From IMG/VR virus record IMGVR_UViG_3300034283_002790, positions 32,001-96,000 of that record: 64,000 nucleotides of DNA, one strand, 5' to 3'. Under the pieces are notes generated by a model. It worked only from the letters and a program-made list of their open reading frames with translations. It was not told the origin of the DNA and ran no database searches. The position numbers were made by a program, and so were the translations under genes. Below are positions 38,247 through 48,822 of this stretch, one piece after another; positions within the stretch are counted from its first letter, which is position 1; each line of letters starts with the position of its first letter. This DNA is from a virus.

Positions 38247-40667
38247 TTATCTATGAAATTTATTTCCAATAACAAAATTTGCTGATTTATAATCTTTATT
38301 ATTTTTGGCTTGAGGTTTTGGAATTTCGTTCGATGGTTTTCTTAAAACTTCTCCGTTTTGATTGATTGAATCCGTTTTTGTTTGGTTTGGTAATACAATT
38401 CTACTTTTATTGAGTAATCTATCTGTAATTGATCTATCCGCAACTCTGTTGTACTTATCTGGTCTATGTGACTCAACCACTTTTCTTACAGGTTTGTTGA
38501 TGACAGAATTAATATTATTAATTGCATTTTGTTTTTTTTCTAAAAAAGAATTTTCAATGAAAGAATAGTCAATCATAGAATCAAAATAGGTATAGTTTCT
38601 TGTGTTCAATATTTCTGGATTACCGGACCCTTTTTTAGATTTCATAATTTTGAAATAGTGATGTCTTAATACTGACCTCATACCAGTATCTCTATTAGTA
38701 GTCAAACTATTCGAGTGAATTCTTCTCTTAAACAGTGGTTTTTTGCTGAAATTAATTTTTGGATTTGATTTATACAGTCTTCCCATAAAATCTGAATCAG
38801 CAGCACACATCCATGGTTCAAAACCATTCATATTCAAAAAAACATCTTTTTGTATTCCAAATACTCCCTCACCATAGTTATTTAAACCTTTAATTTCGGT
38901 GTTTGTTAAGTTATCAAAATTTAACATTCTTGGTTTGATACAAACAAAATGATCTAATTTTTCATTCATGTAGGTAATCATATCTTTTAACATTAAGTCG
39001 TCCGAATCAAAAAAAATTAATTTGTTACTTTTTGATATTGATGCCAAGGTATTTTTAATAGAATAAGGTCCATTATTCTCATCAAAGTAAAATATCTTTA
39101 CGTTTGGTCCAATTGCTCTTTTAGTAAAATGTTCCAGAGTATTAATACACCCATCAATTCCGATCAATATCTCAACATTTTGATTTAAAGACGAAAATTC
39201 AACAGATGACAAACAATCGTCAATAAAATCAACATTATTGTAAGTTGGTATTATTACTGATAATTCTGGTTTTTCAAGATCATAGGGGTATAAAGAACAA
39301 TGTTCATTTTTTAAAATTAATTCATTTTCTGATAAAATTTGATAAAATTTTGTGATGGTCATTTCTGTAATTTTATCAACTATTTTTTCTTCTCGTCTTT
39401 TTCTTATAATTGAGAAATATTTTTGTCTAATACTTGAATTTAAATCGGTTTCCTTTTTTTTGGTTAGATTTTTTTCGTGTCTTCTCCGGTAATAAAGAAT
39501 TTTATTTGATAAAAGGGTATTAACTTTTTTTATTTCTTCTCTCATTTTAAACTCAGAATCTGCACTACAAACCCAAGGTTCGAAACCTTTGAAATCTAAT
39601 AATATTTTTTTATTTATTCCTAATTGACCAATAGATAAAAAATTATTAATATTTTCTTTTTTGAAATTTGTTATATCTGAGTTATTCTTGAAATTATAAA
39701 ATTTAAATCTGAATGTATCATGAGAGTCAAGTGCGTTGATTGTATCGGTAATAAGATCTTCATGTAAAATATCATCAGAATCAACAAATAATATTTTTTT
39801 GGAATTCGAAATTTTAGATAAAGAATTTCTAATAACATAGGGTCCTACACTTTTATCAAAAAAGTAAAATTTAAAATCGTTTTTGAGTGAGTTAAATCTT
39901 TTTGAGACATACTCCTTAGTTTTCTTACAATTATCAATACCAATTAAAACTTCTATATTGTATTTTTTTTTCGATTTAATTATGGAAAGAAAAAAATCAG
40001 ACAAATATTCAATATTATCAAAAGTCGGGGTCACGATTGTTAAATCGTAATCTATTATTTTATCTATTTTTTTGTCTTGAGGATTTATTTTAGAATAAGA
40101 ATTTTTTCCATGAACAACTAATCTTGTATTTTGATCTTTTAATAAAAAAATGTTCGGTGTAATCTCATTCATAAATCTATGATTTTTATCATAGACAAAA
40201 TTAGTAACTTCTTTTTGACACAAAGTTAAAAACATAGAAGTGAAATTACCCTTACTATAATCCAAACCATGTTCATAGATTTCACCAGTATTGTGGTCAA
40301 GTTTGAATACTTTAGAATGAATTATGAATTTGTCAAAAGAGTCTTTATTTTTTGTGTATAAGTTTTGAATCGTTTCAATATAATCTTCTCTCATCCAGTC
40401 ATCACAATCGTGTCTTGTCTGAATTTCTATATTATTTGTGTAACAATAATTTCTTACCTCTTCGAATGTCGAAAAAAATATAACATTATCGTCCAATAAA
40501 TGTTTAATTAAGTCTATGTGTTTTGGATTGATCACAAGACCTATCTTGAAGTTTTTATTTGTTTGAGAATTTATCGATGGGATATAGTACTTTTTCATTA
40601 TTTCAAAGTATTCTTGAAATAATGTATCGTCCTGGAAATTGACTCTAGTAATTACTATATGATTCAT
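38247..40667 (-). CDS. multi-domain glycosyltransferase (putative rhamnosyltransferase-like N-domain plus two GT2 domains)
   Basis: IPSINSQTNKNF...TRHDCDDWM, then two LTIVTPT/LSVIIPTY...FVDSDD/FFDSDD GT2 repeats. Confidence 0.85.
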   Translation of the reverse strand: MNHIVITRVNFQDDTLFQEYFEIMKKYYIPSINSQTNKNFKIGLVINPKHIDLIKHLLDDNVIFFSTFEEVRNYCYTNNIEIQTRHDCDDWMREDYIETIQNLYTKNKDSFDKFIIHSKVFKLDHNTGEIYEHGLDYSKGNFTSMFLTLCQKEVTNFVYDKNHRFMNEITPNIFLLKDQNTRLVVHGKNSYSKINPQDKKIDKIIDYDLTIVTPTFDNIEYLSDFFLSIIKSKKKYNIEVLIGIDNCKKTKEYVSKRFNSLKNDFKFYFFDKSVGPYVIRNSLSKISNSKKILFVDSDDILHEDLITDTINALDSHDTFRFKFYNFKNNSDITNFKKENINNFLSIGQLGINKKILLDFKGFEPWVCSADSEFKMREEIKKVNTLLSNKILYYRRRHEKNLTKKKETDLNSSIRQKYFSIIRKRREEKIVDKITEMTITKFYQILSENELILKNEHCSLYPYDLEKPELSVIIPTYNNVDFIDDCLSSVEFSSLNQNVEILIGIDGCINTLEHFTKRAIGPNVKIFYFDENNGPYSIKNTLASISKSNKLIFFDSDDLMLKDMITYMNEKLDHFVCIKPRMLNFDNLTNTEIKGLNNYGEGVFGIQKDVFLNMNGFEPWMCAADSDFMGRLYKSNPKINFSKKPLFKRRIHSNSLTTNRDTGMRSVLRHHYFKIMKSKKGSGNPEILNTRNYTYFDSMIDYSFIENSFLEKKQNAINNINSVINKPVRKVVESHRPDKYNRVADRSITDRLLNKSRIVLPNQTKTDSINQNGEVLRKPSNEIPKPQAKNNKDYKSANFVIGNKFHR

Positions 40668-40668
40668 C

Positions 40669-41397
40669 TTATAGAATATAAATTTGTTTATTTTCTACAT
40701 ATACTAATGAACCAAAAATTCTTTCCATTGCATGATTTATTGATGGTTCATGTACATAACCTGGTGGAGAGATTTCTAAAATTTTATCAATAACATCATC
40801 TGTTAAATATTTTTTCAAAATATCATTATTTATCCAAAAAATTGTCCCCCCAACAAAAAAGTGACCATCAGTATTTGTTTTTAAATTGACCCATGAAAAT
40901 ATTTCATTCATACAACTTAAATTTACCGCAAAATTATTGTTTTTTTTAGCCCCAACCATTCCACAATCGGGGTTATTTTTAAAGTTATCAATAATTCTAT
41001 CAACACGTTCTTTCGAACCAAGTACTCCATGCATCAGACCGTTAAACCAAACCTGTCCCCTATGATTTGCACTTTCTAAACCATGCCTTGACAAATGTAT
41101 TGATGGTCTGGTGGGTGATCCCAAACCTTTTTTTGTGTGAATTTTTAAAATTAAATCATATGAATCTCTTATTGTTTTATATATTTGTAAAAAACCACCC
41201 ACATCCATTCCTATATTTTGTACAAAAACAATATTGGTATTTTTATTTGTTTGTTTAAGATTATGAAGAAAACTTTGAGGATAATTTTTAGTCAATCCAA
41301 TATATAAATCATATTCATGTTCTAGATTACTCAAATATGATCTTATAGAATCTAACATATCAATATGATATAAATGGACACAGACGGCAATTTTCAT
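40669..41397 (-). CDS. RgpF-like (rhamnan synthesis protein F) glycosyltransferase
   Basis: VCVHLYH, NIGMDVGGF, LKIHTKK, FVGGTIFW and HAMERIFG motifs. Confidence 0.75.
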   Translation of the reverse strand: MKIAVCVHLYHIDMLDSIRSYLSNLEHEYDLYIGLTKNYPQSFLHNLKQTNKNTNIVFVQNIGMDVGGFLQIYKTIRDSYDLILKIHTKKGLGSPTRPSIHLSRHGLESANHRGQVWFNGLMHGVLGSKERVDRIIDNFKNNPDCGMVGAKKNNNFAVNLSCMNEIFSWVNLKTNTDGHFFVGGTIFWINNDILKKYLTDDVIDKILEISPPGYVHEPSINHAMERIFGSLVYVENKQIYIL

Positions 41398-42023
41398 TCT
41401 TCTGTTTTTATTTCATATTTATCTTTGTAAGTTTCCAAATCATTTATACTAATTTCTCTGAAAATTTCATTTGATTTTCTAGTTGCGGCAATTTCACCAT
41501 CTAATTCGGGGTTGAAAATAATCCCGGGATTTTTTGAATTGTTGTATTGAAAAAAATCTCCTCTGAAAATTTTAAACTCCTCTGGTACAATAAAGTAATT
41601 TTTTATGTACATAAAACAACCATATCCCTTTCTTAAAAATTCATTTACCGGTTCTATTCTTAAATCGTCAGAATTTTCCCAACTTATCCCTAAAAAATCA
41701 TAGTCGTTTTTATCTATTAAATCTAATAAATCTCCGATATTTGGGATCAAAATGTCATCATTTGCAATAATTAGTTTATATTTTGACAATGAAACTCCCT
41801 TATTCCACGCAGGATTTACAAATAAATTTTTGTGTTCAGAATAGTATATAATTTTGGACAAATCTTCGATTTTTGGTCTTGATTGGTATTCGTTATCTAT
41901 TAAAATGATTTCTTTAATTTTTTCTTCTTTTTGATAAATTGGTAACATTTTAAGTAGAAACTCACTCTTCCACATTGTAGCAATAACAATAGAGTAACCT
42001 TCTTTGTTGTCCAAATCCTTCAT
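41394..42023 (-). CDS. GT2-family glycosyltransferase
   Basis: YSIVIATMW, IILIDN, NPAWNKG and IIANDD. Confidence 0.75.
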   Translation of the reverse strand: MKDLDNKEGYSIVIATMWKSEFLLKMLPIYQKEEKIKEIILIDNEYQSRPKIEDLSKIIYYSEHKNLFVNPAWNKGVSLSKYKLIIANDDILIPNIGDLLDLIDKNDYDFLGISWENSDDLRIEPVNEFLRKGYGCFMYIKNYFIVPEEFKIFRGDFFQYNNSKNPGIIFNPELDGEIAATRKSNEIFREISINDLETYKDKYEIKTEE

Positions 42024-42045
42024 TAATTAAAATATTAAGAAATTC

Positions 42046-44586
42046 CTAGAGATTTTGTAGTATTCTTCTTCTTAATCTAGAAACCTTGGATTCATTCATT
42101 GTTCCACTTCTCTCACAAGGACAATTTAATTCTCCAAAGTCAACATCTTTATAATCTCTACTCTTAAGTTTTAAATTTCCAGTTTGACCAGTTTGAATCA
42201 GTTCTTTAATTTCTTTCCACGAAAGTCTTTTTCCGGCCGCTCTACCAAACTCTTCTTGTGATAGATCGTATCTTGTTGCTAAATCCGAAAGATCAATTTT
42301 CAAAGTACCATTGACAAAACTATCGAATCTACCTTTAAGGTAACATGAACATAATTTTTTCCATTTATTTCCTTGATACCTTCCTCCATCAGAAGTTAAA
42401 GCCTCAACAATATATTTTTCTAACTCTTCAATTGCTCTTACATCATCCCATTCACAAGTACAACCACCTGATGAGATTGACGATTCACTACCCTTAAGAA
42501 CAAATATTTTCAAAGCAGATTTGTTACCCAAATAAAATCCAAAATTTGTCTCTCTATAGTTAATTTTTGAGTCATCATCTGTCAATGGAGATAATCCGGA
42601 GAAGTTATTTTCAGTAATTTCGTCACCTCCCTTCACAACATCCCTTGTTTTTTTGACTGATCCTACCTGAACTTGTGATGTCTGTTGTGTCTGATTTGTG
42701 GAGTTGTCTTGCATTTCTCCTTGACCTCCAGGTGTGTTTGTAATATCAGTAGTTTGTGTTTGGTATTTTGGTTCATCATAAACCTCAGTTTCGGTTTTAG
42801 ATGGATACTTCAATAAATGTGCATCTTGTTCTGTGGCATCAAACTCTAGTTTGATTAATTTGTTATAAATATGAAAATAATCAGACCTCGCACCATTATT
42901 AATTGCATTTTGTAAACTTCCCTGACCATTTATCCCATAGTTTGGTAGTTTATCCATTTGAATAATTCTATTTTTTGCGGAAACAGGTTTACCATCCTCA
43001 GTCACAAAACCAAATTGTATACGTAATTGATCTAATTCACTTGCTTGACCAGTAGTCTGTTGATTGGTGGTAGTTGGTTGATTAGTAGTTGGTTGATTAG
43101 TTGTAGGTTGATTAGTTGTAGGTTGATTTGTAGTGGGTTGATTAGTGGTAGTTTGTGTTTGATTTTTACAAATTTGAATTACCTCATCCATTATTTGAAT
43201 AAGTCTATTAACATCTTTTCCAATCGCAGCATTTTGAAATCCGGTTAATTTTGATTTCATTAATTCCAATTGTTGTTTTCCTAAAATAACTTTTTGTTGA
43301 TTATCGGGAGTACATACTTGTGACGAATCAATTGAGTTTAATAATGCGATTGCCTCATCAATTTGTTTTTTATCATCAGGATTGGTTGCTAATCCTCTTA
43401 ATTTTGTTAGTATTTGAATTGCCTCCTGTTTGAGTTTATCAATTTTTTGAATATCCGTTTGACTCAAATTTTGTGTCGTTTGGTTCAAACTATAACCCAT
43501 AAAAGAACTTAAAGTTTGGTTTTGTGGGTTTTGAAAAGAATAATTAATAGATGATTGTTGATTACTTACAAACGGTGCTGAGAAACTGTAAACTTGTTCA
43601 TGAAGTTTTTTTTTTAATGCCCTTTTTAAACTTCTACTGATACTTTCATAAAACGTAACTTGTTCAACTTTTTTCTTTGGAGACCATTTCCAGTTAGGAT
43701 TTACCAAAATTGTTAATTTTTCTCCTTTGAAATCTTTTTCTTTTACGAGTTGCCCTAATTGACCAGTATCACCTACTAAAGGAAAGTGAACAAAATATAC
43801 AAAATCTTTGTCATTTAATTTTTCGACCGTCAATTCATCTTTAGTAACCGGATAATAATTTACCTCTTTACTTGGATCATATTTTGTAATGACATCTTTA
43901 TCATTTTTTGTAATATAGACTGTTTTGCCCTCAAATTTTGCAAAAATCCCATTTGATGTAATTTGTCCATTTTCTATTAGGGTTTCAAAAACCTTCTTTT
44001 GAGCCTCTGGATTATTTTGTGATGGTGTATTCGCATTATTTGGATCAAATGACGGATTTTGTAAGTAAAGTTTATACAAAGCCCCATAACTTCTTTTAAA
44101 TTCGTCTTTTAGATTTTGTGCATAAAATACGTCTCTTATTGTGCAGTTATCATATCTTCTATATGATATCCATAAATCATATTTACTTGCAACATCAGGA
44201 TAAAATCTATGAATAAATTCTCTAAAACTATCCCCTTCAGCCTGATTTTTGAATCCGGTTGTTGAATTTCCACTTTTACACTTTGTTTTTTGTGGAGGAT
44301 TTGGTGTTGGAGTTGGGTTTGATCCTTTACACTTTCCATCACAATTTGACGTTGTGTATGGTCCATTTACATCCGGAACACAATTTTGACCATTACATTT
44401 GTACTTCTTAGTTTGAGAAGATTTCTTTTTAATAAAATATCTTGCACCCTTAACGCAATCTAATTTTCTAGTTTCATATGCGGGATCAACCTTTTTGGAA
44501 TTATACTTTACTTGGCTAACTTTTTCGAAACCACTAAGTTTCAATTTGGCTTCTTCTGAATTACATTTTACTTCTGTAAATGGCAT
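42046..44586 (-). CDS. large late protein with Cys-rich N-terminal modules and QPTTN repeats
   Basis: 846 aa; C-terminal MNESKVSRLRRRILQNL. Confidence 0.7.
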   Translation of the reverse strand: MPFTEVKCNSEEAKLKLSGFEKVSQVKYNSKKVDPAYETRKLDCVKGARYFIKKKSSQTKKYKCNGQNCVPDVNGPYTTSNCDGKCKGSNPTPTPNPPQKTKCKSGNSTTGFKNQAEGDSFREFIHRFYPDVASKYDLWISYRRYDNCTIRDVFYAQNLKDEFKRSYGALYKLYLQNPSFDPNNANTPSQNNPEAQKKVFETLIENGQITSNGIFAKFEGKTVYITKNDKDVITKYDPSKEVNYYPVTKDELTVEKLNDKDFVYFVHFPLVGDTGQLGQLVKEKDFKGEKLTILVNPNWKWSPKKKVEQVTFYESISRSLKRALKKKLHEQVYSFSAPFVSNQQSSINYSFQNPQNQTLSSFMGYSLNQTTQNLSQTDIQKIDKLKQEAIQILTKLRGLATNPDDKKQIDEAIALLNSIDSSQVCTPDNQQKVILGKQQLELMKSKLTGFQNAAIGKDVNRLIQIMDEVIQICKNQTQTTTNQPTTNQPTTNQPTTNQPTTNQPTTTNQQTTGQASELDQLRIQFGFVTEDGKPVSAKNRIIQMDKLPNYGINGQGSLQNAINNGARSDYFHIYNKLIKLEFDATEQDAHLLKYPSKTETEVYDEPKYQTQTTDITNTPGGQGEMQDNSTNQTQQTSQVQVGSVKKTRDVVKGGDEITENNFSGLSPLTDDDSKINYRETNFGFYLGNKSALKIFVLKGSESSISSGGCTCEWDDVRAIEELEKYIVEALTSDGGRYQGNKWKKLCSCYLKGRFDSFVNGTLKIDLSDLATRYDLSQEEFGRAAGKRLSWKEIKELIQTGQTGNLKLKSRDYKDVDFGELNCPCERSGTMNESKVSRLRRRILQNL
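43058..43153 (-). repeat. degenerate 15-nt tandem repeat encoding (QPTTN)n
   Basis: About 6 imperfect copies in frame. Confidence 0.85.
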
Positions 44587-44614
44587 TTTTTTTTATTTTT
44601 TTAATAGATCTTTA

Positions 44615-46243
44615 TTATTTATCACATTCAAATGTTTGGTTAACCACTTTAGTATTACCATCCTCAAGTGTTACTGTTTCATCGTAAGTACCAGTACAAC
44701 TTGTAGTGTCAAATGCCTCATTAGAATAATTAATTCCATCGGCAGTAAGACTCGCTTGCATAGTTGCTAGTGTACATTTACAAGAATTGTTTGGTGGTGG
44801 AGTTACGTTATTTCCGCTGCATGGTTCCCCGACACCCCCAGCACTTACTGTCCATTTTTCTGAAGTACCACCTTTTCTCACAGCAATTACACACCCCGTG
44901 TTTTCATCAACCCCAAAAGACGCAACCCCATTCGTAGTGTTGTTTTTTGTGTCTTTACACCCATATTTAACGACAACAAATTTTTGCTGATCACTATTAA
45001 GGTCATTATACCCAATTATTGCCTCGCAACAATCTTCGTCCTTTGAATCTGCGGTAATAGTATCTTTTACATCTCGTTTAAACCCACCGTTGGCAAAATA
45101 TTGGTATACTTCATATCCAAGATACAAAACGGCTGCTATTACTAGTATCCACACTATAGTCTTTCTTGTGTTTCCTTTTAATGCTCCCAAAAGTCCGTTC
45201 AAAATTGCTGGGACAATTCCAAATATACCCGCAATAATCTTATGAATCACAGTTATGATTTGATCTGTTTTTTCATTTATATTCGGGGGTATTGGAATAC
45301 CACTATACAAATAACCTCCACCACTTGAGGGTTTTGGTTTTTCATTTTTTAATATAGGCACCACTAAGTCATCAAATACCTTATTGATTTCTTCATCACT
45401 CATTTCATCAACAGCATTTTTCAAACTCGTGATTTCTCCATCGGACAACTTGAGTTTCACGTCGGGATTACTGTTCATTACATTTCTTATTGATGAATAA
45501 TTTCCCTCCTGTAATTCATTTATTGTTTTTTGAATTGCCGGATCTAGTTCAAAGACATCACTACTTTTTGTTTTATAAGCATTTGCCTGGGCTTCAAGTG
45601 AATCAAATAATTCGTTTATTGCGGTTTTTTGAGTTGCGGTTAAATTTATATCACTATCTACTGCATTTCTTAAACCAGGTAATAAGTCAGCGACTGTTTC
45701 TAAATTTGCTGCCTTTTTTGCCTGATCAGGAACATCAATTTGTTTTTGAATGTTCTGTAATTTACTTTGTACCTGTCTTTGAGGTTCAGTTGATAATTCA
45801 GCAATTTGATTTTTTAGTGAAGTTACGTTGGCACCTCCTAAAATATCTCCTAAATTTTTCATAAGGGTAACACCACTTTCTCCTAACTCTTCTACAATAC
45901 TTTGTGCAACTTCTCTTTTAGTTGTACCCATCAAACCACCACTGATTATATCGTCAAATGTCAAATTATCACCAACTTTTTTACCTAGTTTAGTCATGAT
46001 TAAATCACTATTTTTTGCCGACATCAAAATTGCATTCTCGATTTCAGGAAGAACTGTTTTACCGATTAGTGCAACAGATGACCCCGGTGTGAGCCCATCC
46101 AATACACTTGGTAAACCTGATCCTAATGATTCATTTAATCTTATTTTGTTTTCTTTCAGAACTTCTGTGACACCCATTTTATGAAACATTTTTCTCATAA
46201 GAGCAAATTCCTCATTAAGTGTCATTTTTCTATTTCTTTGCAT
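44615..46243 (-). CDS. large late protein with TM segments and Cys-rich C-terminus
   Basis: Hydrophobic IIAGIFGIVPAILNGLLG and IVWILVIAAVLYLGY; leader TLNEEF...RLNES. Confidence 0.7.
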   Translation of the reverse strand: MQRNRKMTLNEEFALMRKMFHKMGVTEVLKENKIRLNESLGSGLPSVLDGLTPGSSVALIGKTVLPEIENAILMSAKNSDLIMTKLGKKVGDNLTFDDIISGGLMGTTKREVAQSIVEELGESGVTLMKNLGDILGGANVTSLKNQIAELSTEPQRQVQSKLQNIQKQIDVPDQAKKAANLETVADLLPGLRNAVDSDINLTATQKTAINELFDSLEAQANAYKTKSSDVFELDPAIQKTINELQEGNYSSIRNVMNSNPDVKLKLSDGEITSLKNAVDEMSDEEINKVFDDLVVPILKNEKPKPSSGGGYLYSGIPIPPNINEKTDQIITVIHKIIAGIFGIVPAILNGLLGALKGNTRKTIVWILVIAAVLYLGYEVYQYFANGGFKRDVKDTITADSKDEDCCEAIIGYNDLNSDQQKFVVVKYGCKDTKNNTTNGVASFGVDENTGCVIAVRKGGTSEKWTVSAGGVGEPCSGNNVTPPPNNSCKCTLATMQASLTADGINYSNEAFDTTSCTGTYDETVTLEDGNTKVVNQTFECDK

Positions 46244-46303
46244 ATCTTGTTTTTTTATAAATACTATTAATTATGAAAAAATTAATTTATAGTTTAATAA
46301 TGT

Positions 46304-48769
46304 TTATTTTCCAATCCTTTTACCAAATTTATCTTTTAATTTTTGTTTTATACCTGGTTTTTTTGGTTCAGTAGTAGTTTCTGGTTGTTGTAACTGAGAA
46401 TTGTTTGAAGGATATTGTTGATTCGGATTATTACTAAATTGATTTGTTTGTTTTATTTTTCCGTAATAAACAACGTTTGGTGGAGTTCCAGCACTGTATA
46501 CATCATATTTATGGGGTTGTATACGGTAACTATTATATTTAACCTGTGTTACTTTTTCCCAATTAGTTCCGGTCCATTCTTCTGGTTTGGGCTCAACTGG
46601 TTTTACCACATTTGGATCCACAGGTCTATTCAAAGGATTTTCTATATTTGTAACAACTTCACCCTTTGCGTACTTTTTATAACCTTCTCTAACATCTGTA
46701 GATTTTGCAATACAAGGAAGACAATTAATTGATCTACCACCAATTTTCTTTTTACAAGCCTCATCATCATCTGTTAAAACATATCCTGATTCCTCACAAA
46801 TTGTTAAAATTTGATTTGCCAAATCAGGATTTTTTGACACAACATCAGTTTCCCAACATAGATCACTATTAAAATAATTTAATAAACCACTGACACCTTC
46901 CAGGTATTCAACCACTTTTTGACCTCCTTGTTGTTGTCTCTTTTTTAAATTAAGAAGGGACTGTAGAAGTACCGTTTCTTTCCATACCTTTGTTGCTTCA
47001 TCGGTAAACACACCATTTTCAAATAATTTCTTTAATGTGTCTTCACTAAATGTCATTGATCTTAATGAAAATTCATCTTGAGCATCTTTTTCTGACATTA
47101 TTTTCTTTTCCCACCCAGGACATTCACTATACTTTTTATCAAGGGCCGCTTTAGAGTTTTGTGCGTGTTGTTTTGCTGTTTGGTCATTAATTTTATCTTT
47201 ATTCTCTGGTTTAGAAGAAAAACGATCATAAATATTAATTAATACTTTTTGATAAGCAACCACCGTTCCAAGAGATTTTGTAAACGTTGATAAAAATCCT
47301 GCATTAGGTTTTGCCAATTCATCATTTATCCCATCAATTAATGATAACACTTTTGCGTATTTTTGTCTAAGTGCTTGCATCGCTAATCCTTCTTCCGTCA
47401 CATTCGATACCAAAGTTTTATTTACTTGACCATAAAATCCTGTCTCTCCGGTTTCAAACAACATCTTAAACGCTTGTTTTATTTCCGCTTGTAACTCAGG
47501 TTTTGTCATTGCTTCCATGAATTTATATAAAACCGCCCATTCTTCTGGTTGCATTGATCCTTTAAGTAATGTCATGGATAACCCCAAATCAACCCCAGAC
47601 AATGCTTGTTCTGTTAATTGTTTTCCTATTATTTCTAACATCGATTTGTTAGAATATTCCGTTCCCAAAAAGTTTTTTAATCCAGGACAATATGCCGAGA
47701 TTGCAGGCCAAGCAGCAAACGCCATTGTTATAAATGCCATTGATTCGTACTCAGGTCCCGCTTTAAGATAATTGAAAGCCAAAAACGAATTTAATCCAAT
47801 CTCACCAATCGTTTGAAAAAGCACCAATCTTAATCTTAGGTTTGCCGGACTAAGATTTGCACTTGTAAATGCCATCGCTCCCTCAGTACCTGCTACGGTT
47901 GAAAAACTTGTTAAAACTACCAATTTTTTTGCCACAAGGTAAATTGCAAGACTCGCCGCAATTTGTGCCAACATTCCTTGCCATGAACCCATAAATTTTA
48001 CAAAATTAGTTCTTGTATCAAGATCAAATGTTGATGGATCATCTTCTACAATAGGTGCTGTTTGGTTGTAAGACTCGTTAGTTTCAACATTAAAATACGC
48101 ACTTCCCAAATCAAACCTCGAACTTGTTGCTGCCATCCCTGGAACTACAATATTCCATCCTCTAGATTTTTCCATAGGTTTCAAAGGAACTTGGTCTTTT
48201 CTTATAACTTCCGGAAATAAGGATTTTTCCAAATCCACCAATTTAATTGCCAAAACAAACATCTTACCCTCACTTGTTTTGAATGCATAAGGTATTTTAT
48301 TTTTTCTTACCCATTCTAAAGTTTGCCAATCATCGGCCGGGTAATATCTTTTAACTATGGTTCCTTGTTTTCTAAGTTCCTTGTAAGGATCGTTTTGTAC
48401 GGGACCAGGAGAGTTCTGAGTAACAGTTATATCGTAATCATCCCAACTTTTTTTAACGTAAGCCTCATGCCACCCAAACTCGTCTTTGAAATGGTTGGGC
48501 TTATTTTCCAAACCAAATAATTTTCCAATATCTAAATTACCTTCAGGTAAATAAAATGCATTAAAACCTTTTTTAACATACCAAATTTTACCGTAAGTAC
48601 CAAAATCAAAACTACCTAAGGGACCTTCTTTATCAGACCCCTGCTCAAGTAAAATATTTTTATGAAATTGTTTTGGACTTAATTTAGTTTCAGTTAATAT
48701 AATGTCCAAATTCATCAACTCATGAATTTTTTTTATTTCAGATAATAAATTTATATTTTTGTTTGTCAT
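46304..48769 (-). CDS. large late protein with central hydrophobic helices
   Basis: 821 aa; leader LLSEIKKIHELM...ILTE...ILLE. Confidence 0.7.
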   Translation of the reverse strand: MTNKNINLLSEIKKIHELMNLDIILTETKLSPKQFHKNILLEQGSDKEGPLGSFDFGTYGKIWYVKKGFNAFYLPEGNLDIGKLFGLENKPNHFKDEFGWHEAYVKKSWDDYDITVTQNSPGPVQNDPYKELRKQGTIVKRYYPADDWQTLEWVRKNKIPYAFKTSEGKMFVLAIKLVDLEKSLFPEVIRKDQVPLKPMEKSRGWNIVVPGMAATSSRFDLGSAYFNVETNESYNQTAPIVEDDPSTFDLDTRTNFVKFMGSWQGMLAQIAASLAIYLVAKKLVVLTSFSTVAGTEGAMAFTSANLSPANLRLRLVLFQTIGEIGLNSFLAFNYLKAGPEYESMAFITMAFAAWPAISAYCPGLKNFLGTEYSNKSMLEIIGKQLTEQALSGVDLGLSMTLLKGSMQPEEWAVLYKFMEAMTKPELQAEIKQAFKMLFETGETGFYGQVNKTLVSNVTEEGLAMQALRQKYAKVLSLIDGINDELAKPNAGFLSTFTKSLGTVVAYQKVLINIYDRFSSKPENKDKINDQTAKQHAQNSKAALDKKYSECPGWEKKIMSEKDAQDEFSLRSMTFSEDTLKKLFENGVFTDEATKVWKETVLLQSLLNLKKRQQQGGQKVVEYLEGVSGLLNYFNSDLCWETDVVSKNPDLANQILTICEESGYVLTDDDEACKKKIGGRSINCLPCIAKSTDVREGYKKYAKGEVVTNIENPLNRPVDPNVVKPVEPKPEEWTGTNWEKVTQVKYNSYRIQPHKYDVYSAGTPPNVVYYGKIKQTNQFSNNPNQQYPSNNSQLQQPETTTEPKKPGIKQKLKDKFGKRIGK

Positions 48770-48822
48770 TTTTAACTATCTTTCATTACTTTATCTAAAG
48801 TTTTCATAATTGTTCTAAATAT

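Noticed and set aside
43058-43153. Possible CRISPR or iteron repeats
   Set aside because: Degenerate at wobble positions and encode QPTTN inside a long ORF.
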